Source: Candidatus Saccharimonadota bacterium
GTDB lineage: Bacteria > Patescibacteriota > Gracilibacteria > UBA1369 > 2-02-FULL-48-14
DNA: 32,000 bases
NCBI GenBank assembly: GCA_016699145.1
Contig: CP064962.1
Span: forward strand, 390,001 to 422,000
Reading direction: 5' to 3'
Every line of letters starts with the position of its first letter. The stretch's first letter is position 1. This document shows positions 8,648-16,349 of the stretch, in pieces. The notes below the pieces were generated by a model. It saw only the letters and a list, made by a program, of their open reading frames with translations. It was not told where the DNA came from and ran no database searches. The position numbers and the translations under genes were made by a program.

Positions 8648-11600
8648 TCAACCTCTAAGGAAAAGCGCATGAAAGCGGCGTGAAAGCCAACGGAAGAAAA
8701 TGAAGAGGATGGGTGTGGTGAATAAAGAAGTCACCCCTGAAGTCAAAAGCCCAAACATGATCACCAAAGACAAAGACCGATACTGTTCACTCAAAATGGC
8801 CAACGGAAGCAAAGAAACCAGGGTGGTCATTTTAGTGAGGATCACAGCCCGCAAACGCAAACCCGAAGCATAACTGATGGCCTCCACCTCATCCCAACCT
8901 TCACGAATTTTTTGATAAGCTGCATCAATAAGAAAAATGGCCACGTTTTCCACAATTCCTACCAAAATGATGAGCCCAATAATCTCCAAAAAGCCAAATT
9001 GCCCATTGCCCAAATGAGCCAGCGCCGGGAAGACTCCAATAAAAGTGAGCGGCACTGCAAACAAAATAACCAAGGGTTGACTGAATGATTCAAAGAAAAC
9101 CACCAAAACCACATAGGTCAGTAAAATCGCAAGCACCAGAGCTACAAAAAGTTCCTGGAACGAACGGATGAAACTGGCCGAATCTCCTTCGCTATAAACT
9201 TCAATGGAGTCTTCTTCCAAGCCCAATTTCAAAGTGTGAGCTCCTTCATTTTCACTGTAATAATCCAGCACCGCTTCTTGAACTTGAGCCGCCGTGGCTT
9301 GGTCGTCACGACCCGTGGCCAAACGGGCTTTCACCAGCGAAAGAGTTTCGCCATTTTGACGCAAAATGCTGGAAGGACTGTCCACACTGCGCAGCACCGC
9401 CACATCTTTCAAACGCAAAACCGTGCCGTCTAAACTGTAAATAATGGTGTTTTCAATTTCTTTTAAAGAATCGGGATCGGCAGCTTTTTTATCCAAAACA
9501 ATATCCACATTTTCCCCATCAACACGAACCGTTCCCACCGCTTCCCCTCCGTCCACTTGAAACAAATTCGAAAGTGCCCTATTCACAAGCAAGGTGAGTG
9601 GTGCATTGGGCACAGCGAGTTGATTGCGTTCCAAAACATCGCGGTCAAGAAGCACTTCAATCACCGTAGATTCCTTGCCTGTGAACCCATCATCCACCTT
9701 CACCACCAAAGGATTTGCACAGTCTTCCTGAACGGTGAAAACATTGTCCACTTCACAAACCTTGAGCAAAGTCGCCGCGACCTCTTGAGCAGCCCTTTCC
9801 ATGAGTTCCAAATCTTCCGTTTGAACGGCCAAAACAACCTGATAGGCCCCTGTTGGAGGCCCGTTGGAAATCACCCCAGTTTTCACATCGAAGAAGGCTT
9901 CTCCCACCTCACGTTCAAGATCAGCATTGATGGCCTCCGCAATGTCCACCGAAAGCGTATCGGGCCGCTCGAGCGCAGGTTTCAACTGGATAAAAACCAT
10001 CCCCTGCCCAAGTGGAAAAACCGACTCCACTGCCTCATGCTCGACAATGATCTCCAGCACTTGCTCGTACAAAGCTTCACGACGTTCAGGCGAAGTGGAA
10101 GGAAAATGGGAGTAACTGAGCTGAAGCTGATCATAATTTTCACTGCTTGAAAATTGCACGGATTTGACCTGACCGCTCGAAAAATAATGACCGGCCACCG
10201 CCAGTGGAAGCACCAAGGCCAGCACGATCAAAATGAAACGTAAAAAACGCGACCCATTTAAAATCCATCGATTGAAACGAATGAGCAGCTTAGCAATGCT
10301 CCAAAGATTTTCTTCTTCATCCCCGCGCTTCCCTCGTTTTAAAAACGCGCCTCCAATCCAGGTGAGAAACACCAAAGGCACCACATAAGACCCCACCACC
10401 GCCGGAATGATGGTCATGGGAATGTAGACAATGATCTGGCCCAAAAGCCCGGAGACCACTCCAAAGGGTACAAAAACCAAAACACTGGTGAGGCAAGCCA
10501 GGAACAGCCCCATGCCCACATCGCTCACCGCCGCCAAAGCCGCCTCCTTCCCGTTCAAACCGGCATCCACTTTGCGTTGAATGCTTTCCAGCAGCACCAA
10601 AGCGGGGTCCACCACGAGCCCAATGGCCAGCACCAAAGAAAAAAGGACCAAGGTATTGAGGCTTTCTCCTATAAAATAAATATAAATATTCACAAAAATA
10701 AGGCTGAGCGGAAGGGCCAAAGCCGAAACAAAAGCCGCTCGCCAAGACACAAAGGCCAGCATCACTAAAAACACCAATTGAATACCCCCGAGCGCATAAC
10801 CCAAGTGATTGAAAGGAGCATTAAAGGGCCATTCGCCGCCCACCAATCCCGTCACCACCTCCTCCACCTGTCGTTCGTTTTCTTTATTCACCGAGTAATG
10901 TTCAATCAACAGTGTTTTGCCGAAGCCATTTTCAAAGACAGAGCCGTCCACAAATTCCACTTCTTCATGTCGTGTGAAAATCTCGCGTAATGCCTCGTCG
11001 TAAGCCCCTTTATCGGCGTCAGCCAAAGCCTTCACTGTAAAGACCAAGGGTTCAAAAACAAAGCCGTCACCCTCAATATTGAGCCCTACTTTTTGAGACT
11101 CGCCCTCAAAAGAAAAATCTTCTTTCACAGTAGCAAATTCCGTAAGGGCATGCCCACTGAAGGAAAGGGCCTTGAGCGCCCCCAAAGTATCGCCTTGCAA
11201 AGTGGTTTGGAAAGAAACACTCTCTTCGTCCATCGTGACATCTGAGATCACAGGCAAACTTTCGCCCAAAGTGGATAGTGCAAAAGAAACTTGCGTGCTT
11301 TGCACTCCAAATTCGGCCATTTTCTTTTCATCCAAAGTGACCAAAATGCGATGCTGAAGCGCAGTGAGAGGCGCCACATCCACCGTTTCAGGCAAAGCTC
11401 GAATGTCTTTTTCTAGAGCCACATAGCGCTCATGCAGCTCACTCTTTTCAGGAGCAATCAAAGAAAAAACAAAATCCGGACCCACTATGGAAGGCACCGA
11501 AACCTTGGGTTCCTCCACGCCTTCAGGCAAGGCCACACTTTTAAAAGCGGAATCCATGCGGCTCACCGTGGCATCGGTATCGGCCTTTTCCTCCAGGCTC

Positions 11601-11890
11601 ACCGAAATCATCGAAAAAGATCCGCTGCTTGTGGAGCTGAAACTGCTCACCCCTTCCACATCTCGCAAAGCCAACTCAATGGGAGCCGTGACTTCTTGCG
11701 CAACCGTCTCGGCCGAAGCCCCCAAATAAAGGGTTTGCACAAAAACCAATTTCATATCTGGACTGGGAAACCCGGTGGTCTTCAAAAGAGCCGTCGTCCC
11801 AAAACCCACCATCAGCAGCAGGAGCAAACAAAGCGCAGTGAGTCGATTGTTTTTGAGGAAATAAGAGTTGAGACGAGTGTTGAAATCCAT
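8648..11890 (-). CDS. RND-superfamily (AcrB/AcrD/AcrF-type) efflux transporter permease
   Basis: 1080 aa with the typical AcrB layout: an N-terminal TM, large periplasmic loops and two 5-6 TM bundles. The N-terminal region reads NNRLTALCLLLLLMVGFGTTALLKT..FP....LVFVQTLYLGASAETVAQEVTAPIE..L..V.GV. No adjacent membrane-fusion or outer-membrane partner gene is present. Confidence 0.9.
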   Translation of the reverse strand: MDFNTRLNSYFLKNNRLTALCLLLLLMVGFGTTALLKTTGFPSPDMKLVFVQTLYLGASAETVAQEVTAPIELALRDVEGVSSFSSTSSGSFSMISVSLEEKADTDATVSRMDSAFKSVALPEGVEEPKVSVPSIVGPDFVFSLIAPEKSELHERYVALEKDIRALPETVDVAPLTALQHRILVTLDEKKMAEFGVQSTQVSFALSTLGESLPVISDVTMDEESVSFQTTLQGDTLGALKALSFSGHALTEFATVKEDFSFEGESQKVGLNIEGDGFVFEPLVFTVKALADADKGAYDEALREIFTRHEEVEFVDGSVFENGFGKTLLIEHYSVNKENERQVEEVVTGLVGGEWPFNAPFNHLGYALGGIQLVFLVMLAFVSWRAAFVSALALPLSLIFVNIYIYFIGESLNTLVLFSLVLAIGLVVDPALVLLESIQRKVDAGLNGKEAALAAVSDVGMGLFLACLTSVLVFVPFGVVSGLLGQIIVYIPMTIIPAVVGSYVVPLVFLTWIGGAFLKRGKRGDEEENLWSIAKLLIRFNRWILNGSRFLRFILIVLALVLPLAVAGHYFSSGQVKSVQFSSSENYDQLQLSYSHFPSTSPERREALYEQVLEIIVEHEAVESVFPLGQGMVFIQLKPALERPDTLSVDIAEAINADLEREVGEAFFDVKTGVISNGPPTGAYQVVLAVQTEDLELMERAAQEVAATLLKVCEVDNVFTVQEDCANPLVVKVDDGFTGKESTVIEVLLDRDVLERNQLAVPNAPLTLLVNRALSNLFQVDGGEAVGTVRVDGENVDIVLDKKAADPDSLKEIENTIIYSLDGTVLRLKDVAVLRSVDSPSSILRQNGETLSLVKARLATGRDDQATAAQVQEAVLDYYSENEGAHTLKLGLEEDSIEVYSEGDSASFIRSFQELFVALVLAILLTYVVLVVFFESFSQPLVILFAVPLTFIGVFPALAHLGNGQFGFLEIIGLIILVGIVENVAIFLIDAAYQKIREGWDEVEAISYASGLRLRAVILTKMTTLVSLLPLAILSEQYRSLSLVIMFGLLTSGVTSLFTTPILFIFFRWLSRRFHALFLRG

Positions 11891-11927
11891 AAAAATTTAA
11901 AGCGAGCGTGCCAAAAAAGAAGATATT

Positions 11928-11944
11928 TTGCATCGAAAATGCAA
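11928..11944. promoter_or_regulatory. 17-bp inverted repeat TTGCAT-N5-ATGCAA in the RND/sigma divergent intergenic region (operator-like)
   Basis: TTGCAT at 11928..11933 and ATGCAA at 11939..11944 are exact reverse complements separated by cgaaa. The repeat lies 38 nt upstream of the RND start (11890) on the opposite strand. Function is inferred only. Confidence 0.3.
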
Positions 11945-11975
11945 GAAAGTCAAACTCGACTATTCAGAAAAAAAC

Positions 11976-12011
11976 TTGCAGTAAAAACTGTGCTAGAATC
12001 TCTATACAAAT
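11976..12011 (+). promoter_or_regulatory. Leader/promoter motif copy A (TTGCAGTAAAAACT + 22 nt) with an extended -10-like TGcTAGAAT, upstream of the ECF sigma gene
   Basis: The 14-mer TTGCAGTAAAAACT lies at 11976..11989 and is preceded by an A-tract. TGCTAGAAT lies at 11991..11999. Exactly 22 nt separate the 14-mer from the ATG at 12012. The same 14-mer and spacing recur at 12534. Confidence 0.4.
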
Positions 12012-12542
12012 ATGAGCCGACTCATAAAGCAGGCTAAACACAGCCCCAAAGCTTTTACAAAACTCTACGAGTTGCATGTGAATGCAGTCTATCAATACTG
12101 CGCTTACCGTACTCACAGCACAGAGGAAGCCGAAGATCTTTGCAGCGAGGTCTGGGAAAGCGTTCTCAAGCACATTCAAGAGCTCGAATCCGACCACCCC
12201 ACCATTTTTAAAGGGTGGCTTTTCACCATCGCCCGGCATTGCGTTTACAAACACTGGAAAAACAGAAAATCGCCCGACTCCTTGGATGAAACAAGCTGCC
12301 AAATCCCAAGCCCAGAAGCTGGGCCAGCCGAGCGTAGCGAGGCGGAGGAAAGCGCAGCTCATTTGCGCGAGCTCGTAAAAGCGCTGCCCCAGCAACAACA
12401 AGAAGCAGTGAGCCTACGATTCTTCAGCGGACTCAGGAATAAAGAAATCGCCGCTGCCCTAGAGCTTTCTGAGAAAACCGTGGCCTCCAACCTCAGCCGC
12501 GCCCTAGACACTTTGCATCTTTGGTTGAAAAAATTGCAGTAA
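12012..12542 (+). CDS. ECF-type RNA polymerase sigma-70 family factor
   Basis: 176 aa. Region 2 reads FTKLYELHVNAVYQYCAYRT...AEDLCSEVWESVLKHI...WLFTIARHCVYKHWK. Region 4 HTH reads LPQQQQEAVSLRFFSGLRNKEIAAALELSEKTVASNLSRAL. Confidence 0.9.
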   Translation: MSRLIKQAKHSPKAFTKLYELHVNAVYQYCAYRTHSTEEAEDLCSEVWESVLKHIQELESDHPTIFKGWLFTIARHCVYKHWKNRKSPDSLDETSCQIPSPEAGPAERSEAEESAAHLRELVKALPQQQQEAVSLRFFSGLRNKEIAAALELSEKTVASNLSRALDTLHLWLKKLQ

Positions 12543-12569
12543 AAACTTGTTCTAAAACTCTTTACTTTC
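12534..12569 (+). promoter_or_regulatory. Leader/promoter motif copy B (TTGCAGTAAAAACT + 22 nt), overlapping the sigma stop codon, upstream of the M23 gene
   Basis: The identical 14-mer lies at 12534..12547 and contains the sigma gene's last codons TTG CAG TAA. The following 22 nt share the blocks CTA.AA..CTCT.TAC with copy A. The GTG start at 12570 is again exactly 22 nt after the 14-mer. Confidence 0.4.
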
Positions 12570-14174
12570 GTGAAACATTACTTTTCCCATCGTCGACTTC
12601 AAAAGAGCTTGCAAGCCAGTCGCGTGCCCCTCAATCCGGATTTTGTGGCTCGACTCAAAAGCAAACTTCTGCTTGAAGCGGAGAAAATGCATGCTGTTTC
12701 GCGTTTAGAATTTAATTGGAATCATATGAAACGATACTCTTTCGCTTACCTCTCTTTCCTTCTTATTATAGGCCTTGGCATCGCCAATTTCTTGCCACAA
12801 GGAACTTTATCCGCTCAAGAACTGGTCAGCACCGCCACCACTAACTATGAGAGCCCTTCAGGAACCATTTATTACGAAAAACGTGAAACCACCGATTACC
12901 AAATCTTCCCTGGAGAAGTGAGCACCGAAGAAGTCTGGAGCAACGACACCGGGGACCTGCTATGGCTGCTCAATAAAAACAATGGGGGGAAACTCGGCTC
13001 CATGATCAAGATCAACGACGTGGGTGTGCCCATCGACTACGAATACCCCGCTCCAGCCGAAATATCAGAAGCAGAACAAACAATGGCCGACTCCATTAAG
13101 AAAGGCACCGTTTACTGTGCAACCATTGAAGTAGAAGGCAACACTCGAGATGAGACCCTGCTTCAAGTCGCTAAAGAGAACCCTGCGTACTGGTTCATTA
13201 GCGCTGGAACGGGTGACGCCACTAAGAGCAAGGGCTACGGCTTCATTGAAACCTCAGGCTCCATGAGTGTCAAAATCCTCCTTGACACCATCCTGAGCCA
13301 GATGAACCAAAGCAACGATATTTCAGAAAACAACAACTACAACTTGACTGAGCGTAGCGAAGACGAAATTCAAAAGTACGTGCTCAGTCAAAGTTGGATC
13401 GACGACTTAAATCATGAACAAAGAACCGACTACATCTTCAACGCGCAAAACTTCACCCTCGAGCGTCAAGAATATTACGTGGATGAGACGCTTTATTCAA
13501 AAACCGTTTATCTCGGGCACGGCACCTACGCAGCGAGCGAACGGGACACCATTTTTGACGCCGAAGCCAAAGGCCTCGTAGAAAATCCCAACTTCACCAC
13601 CGTGATCCCGGGCTACATTCAAGAATCCGGCTGTTATGACAACCGCACAAAACTGTCTGTGGAAGAAAGTGAAGCCTTCTTAGCCACCCTTCCTAAAGAA
13701 GCTCGAGAAGGTTACAAAGGCACCGTGAGAAGCGTTGAAATCTTGATTCCCGTGAACGAAGAACCCAGTGAAGAAGCAGAGGTCAGCGCCTTCATTTGGC
13801 CCACCAATTCATATAAAATCTCACAAGTTTTTCGTGGAGATCATCCCGGCATCGACATCACGCGTGAGGACGACACGAGTGAAGAGCTGCCCGAAATTTA
13901 CGCCGCAGCCGACGGAGTAGTGATCAGTGTCGAAACAGGTTGGAACGCAGGCTATGGGGAGGCCATCAAAATCGATCACGGCAACGGTTACGTCACCCAT
14001 TACACCCACCTATCTGAGTTCACCGTAGAAGTCGGCGACACCGTGACTCAAGGTCAATTCATCGGACGCATGGGAAACAGTGGACGCGTTTACGGAGTCA
14101 CAGGGATACACATGCACTTTGAATTGATTTATAATGGCGTCAAAGTTGACCCTCTCGACCATATCTCTCTTTAA
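12570..14174 (+). CDS. Single-pass membrane protein with C-terminal M23/LytM peptidoglycan endopeptidase domain, in the anti-sigma gene position
   Basis: GTG start. A ~55-aa cytoplasmic N-terminus is followed by the TM segment SFAYLSFLLIIGLGIANFL and an extracytoplasmic region of about 330 aa that I cannot assign. The M23 catalytic motifs are present: HPGIDI (HxxxD), GNGYVTHYTHL, GNSG and HMHFE (HxH). Confidence 0.85.
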   Translation: MKHYFSHRRLQKSLQASRVPLNPDFVARLKSKLLLEAEKMHAVSRLEFNWNHMKRYSFAYLSFLLIIGLGIANFLPQGTLSAQELVSTATTNYESPSGTIYYEKRETTDYQIFPGEVSTEEVWSNDTGDLLWLLNKNNGGKLGSMIKINDVGVPIDYEYPAPAEISEAEQTMADSIKKGTVYCATIEVEGNTRDETLLQVAKENPAYWFISAGTGDATKSKGYGFIETSGSMSVKILLDTILSQMNQSNDISENNNYNLTERSEDEIQKYVLSQSWIDDLNHEQRTDYIFNAQNFTLERQEYYVDETLYSKTVYLGHGTYAASERDTIFDAEAKGLVENPNFTTVIPGYIQESGCYDNRTKLSVEESEAFLATLPKEAREGYKGTVRSVEILIPVNEEPSEEAEVSAFIWPTNSYKISQVFRGDHPGIDITREDDTSEELPEIYAAADGVVISVETGWNAGYGEAIKIDHGNGYVTHYTHLSEFTVEVGDTVTQGQFIGRMGNSGRVYGVTGIHMHFELIYNGVKVDPLDHISL

Positions 14175-14778
14175 AAAACACTGGAAAAAAGGATTGCTCA
14201 TTGCGCTGCTCGGTGGAGTGACGTTCATGGGCAGTCCTTTCCTTGTTCAAAGATGGGCCCTCGACAAAATTTTCACCGTAGAACAAATCACGGAGCAGCC
14301 CGTAGCCATCGTATTTGGCGCCGGCATCGGCAAAAACGGAGGCCCCAGTGACGCTCTGTACGACCGCCTCACCGTCGCTTCTCAACTTTATAAAGCCGGC
14401 AAAGTCTCGAGCATCCTCGTCTCAGGGGACAACTCCACTGAAGACTACAACGAGCCCGAAGTGATGAAGAACACTCTCATAAACGCCTTCGCCATCCCTC
14501 CCAATGCCATCACTCAGGATTTTGCTGGCCGACGCACCTACGACACTTGCATCCGTGCAAAAACCCTTTTCGGCGTGGAGAAGGCAATTCTCGTCACGCA
14601 AGAATTCCATCTGCCTCGCGCGCTATACACCTGCAATTCACTCGGCATTGAAAGCAGTGGCGTCTCGGCTTCCTTGCAACCTTACATTTTTGGCGACTAT
14701 TACGAATTTCGCGAATATGCAGCCACCTTGCAAATGGGGGTGGATTTATACCTGTGGTCGCCCGACTACATTGAGTAA
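14134..14778 (+). CDS. sanA: SanA/YdcF-family (DUF218) envelope protein
   Basis: N-terminal TM segment WKKGLLIALLGGVTFMG. The DUF218 core reads AIVFGAGI...PSDALYDRL..A..LYKAGKV..ILVSGDN....YNEP..M........P...I..DFAGRRTYD.C.RAK..F......LVTQEFHLPRALY.C. The ATG at 14134 overlaps the M23 gene by 41 nt. A TTG at 14146 is an alternative start. Confidence 0.8.
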   Translation: MASKLTLSTISLFKKHWKKGLLIALLGGVTFMGSPFLVQRWALDKIFTVEQITEQPVAIVFGAGIGKNGGPSDALYDRLTVASQLYKAGKVSSILVSGDNSTEDYNEPEVMKNTLINAFAIPPNAITQDFAGRRTYDTCIRAKTLFGVEKAILVTQEFHLPRALYTCNSLGIESSGVSASLQPYIFGDYYEFREYAATLQMGVDLYLWSPDYIE

Positions 14779-14849
14779 AAAACGATTTCCGACCCTTCAG
14801 ACCCTCTCGCACACCAGCCAGAGGGCCTCTACAAACTGTTTAGAAATTC

Positions 14850-14876
14850 AAAAAAAGCCCCGTAGGGCTCTTTTTG
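14850..14876. terminator. Bidirectional intrinsic terminator (AGCCC-cgta-GGGCT flanked by an A-run and a T-run)
   Basis: The sequence is caaaaaaAGCCCcgtaGGGCTctttttg. The stem is 14856..14860 / 14865..14869. The plus strand has a T-run 3' of the stem, and the A-run 5' of it gives a T-run on the minus strand. It lies between convergent sanA (stop 14778) and the small basic gene (stop 14893). The stem is short (5 bp). Confidence 0.55.
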
Positions 14877-14892
14877 AAAAGAAGAAAAACAA

Positions 14893-15030
14893 TTACTTGC
14901 GTTTCTTAGAAGCAGCTTTCTTGGCTGGCTTCTTAGCGACCTTTTTGGCCACTTTCTTCATAGGCTTTTTTACAGCCTTTTTGGAAGCTTTTTTAGGAGC
15001 TGCCTTTTTTGCCTTTTTAGCTACTGCCAT
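14893..15030 (-). CDS. 45-aa Lys/Ala-rich histone-H1-like / nucleoid-associated basic protein
   Basis: Below the ORF-track size cutoff; translated by hand as MAVAKKAKKAAPKKASKKAVKKPMKKVAKKVAKKPAKKAASKKRK*. It has 21 Lys + 1 Arg in 45 residues, with KK recurring every 4 residues. It has an ATG start and TAA stop, and the terminator lies immediately downstream. The plus-strand track ORF across it (FLAGFLATFLATFF...) is its antisense translation. Confidence 0.6.
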   Translation of the reverse strand: MAVAKKAKKAAPKKASKKAVKKPMKKVAKKVAKKPAKKAASKKRK

Positions 15031-15208
15031 GGCGTGGAAGTTAGAAGTAAAACTTCATTCAAAATTTTCCTCCAGTTTCAGATGGATTACAAGAGATAAT
15101 TTAAAGAATTTTTCAAGTCGAAATTTCGTGATGAGCTTGAGCAAAACATGCATTTCCTCCCAATATTTCCCCTCCCCAAGCAAGCAAAACGGGAGTAGGG
15201 TTAGGGGC

Positions 15209-16327
15209 ATGGAAGGAACCCACATCCACCAACTGAGCTTCAAACGCTTCCTCCTCTTTTTGCTCCTTTTCTTAGGACTGCTTTTTGGCATAAACATTCC
15301 CACTCCCGAACCCGTAGAAGATCATCAAAGTCTCATCCCCGGCATCGTCACCGCCGAAGAATCGACTCAAGAAGACAGCAGTGAAACACCCACCCTCCAT
15401 CAAATTCTCACGGTGGAAGTGAAACCCGGCACCCCCGAGCGCCAAAGTCTCAGCATCGAAAACAGCGATATCGCCGGCCCCGATGCACGCCTCTTTTATG
15501 AAGGCGACAAAGTTTATGTGGCTCAAAGCGAAATCCCCGGTGAAGCCCCTCTGTACAGCATTGCCGATCACGATCGCCGAACTTCCCTCTACCTGCTCTT
15601 TGGTATTTTTTGTCTGACCGTTTTACTGATTTCCGGCAAACAAGGCGTCGAATCTTTCTTTGGAATGATTTTTTCTTTCGCGGTGCTGCTCAAACTCATC
15701 CTACCTTTGCTCATGCTCGGCATGAATCCTGTGCTTTCCGCACTTGCTGGAGCGGCGCTCATCATCCCCAGCACTTTTTACCTGTCGCACGGCTTTCAAA
15801 AAAAGACTCACATTGCCGTGCTGGGCACCTTGCTAACCCTCGCCTTAACGGGTTTGATCTCGCAAATTTTCATCCCTTTGTCCCATCTCTCGGGCTTGGC
15901 GGATGAATCGGCCTTCTATCTCAAAATCGGCTCGGAAGTAGGCTTCAATTTTCAAGGCCTCTTGCTCGCTGGAGTGCTCATCAGCATGCTGGGCATCCTC
16001 GACGACATCACCGTTTCACAAGCGTCCATTGCAGAGGAATTGCAAGCCGCCAAACCCAAAATTTCTTTCACAGAACTTTACTCCCGCTGCATGACTGTGG
16101 GCCGCGACCACATCGCCTCCATGGTGAACACGCTCATTTTGGTCTATGCCGGTTCTAGCCTGCCGCTCATGCTGCTTTTTTTGAGTTCAGACCATTCCTT
16201 CAATGAAGTCATCAATATGGAACTCGTCGCGCAAGAAATCGTGCACACGCTGGTCGGCAGCATCGGTCTGATCTGTGCGGTTCCCATCACCACTTTACTG
16301 GCTTGTATAAAAATCAAAAAAAGATAA
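15209..16327 (+). CDS. YibE/F-family integral membrane protein
   Basis: The track ORF 14504..16327 is a run-through chimera. The real gene most likely starts at ATG 15209 (MEGTHIHQLSFKRFLLFLLLFLGLLFG). It carries conserved YibE/F motifs: GILDDITVSQASIAEEL, VGRDHIASMVNTLILVYAGSSLPLMLLF, and a C-terminal VGSIGLICAVPITT. Confidence 0.85.
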   Translation: MEGTHIHQLSFKRFLLFLLLFLGLLFGINIPTPEPVEDHQSLIPGIVTAEESTQEDSSETPTLHQILTVEVKPGTPERQSLSIENSDIAGPDARLFYEGDKVYVAQSEIPGEAPLYSIADHDRRTSLYLLFGIFCLTVLLISGKQGVESFFGMIFSFAVLLKLILPLLMLGMNPVLSALAGAALIIPSTFYLSHGFQKKTHIAVLGTLLTLALTGLISQIFIPLSHLSGLADESAFYLKIGSEVGFNFQGLLLAGVLISMLGILDDITVSQASIAEELQAAKPKISFTELYSRCMTVGRDHIASMVNTLILVYAGSSLPLMLLFLSSDHSFNEVINMELVAQEIVHTLVGSIGLICAVPITTLLACIKIKKR

Positions 16328-16349
16328 AATAAGGCCATACCTTTTTTTT

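Noticed and set aside
14504-15208. First ~235 aa of the 607-aa track ORF
   Set aside because: This is a run-through frame. It covers the 3' part of sanA in another frame, the terminator, the antisense of the Lys-rich small gene (giving FLAGFLATFLATFF...), and the intergenic region. YibE/F homology begins only after the Met at 15209.
15160-15208. C-rich/G-rich complementary stretch (ccctcccc ... gggagtagggttagggg) before the YibE/F start, considered as a G-quadruplex or regulatory hairpin
   Set aside because: It has only three clear G-runs and imperfect pairing with a bulge. It may simply contain the only SD-like GGAG in the window. The evidence is insufficient for a structural call.
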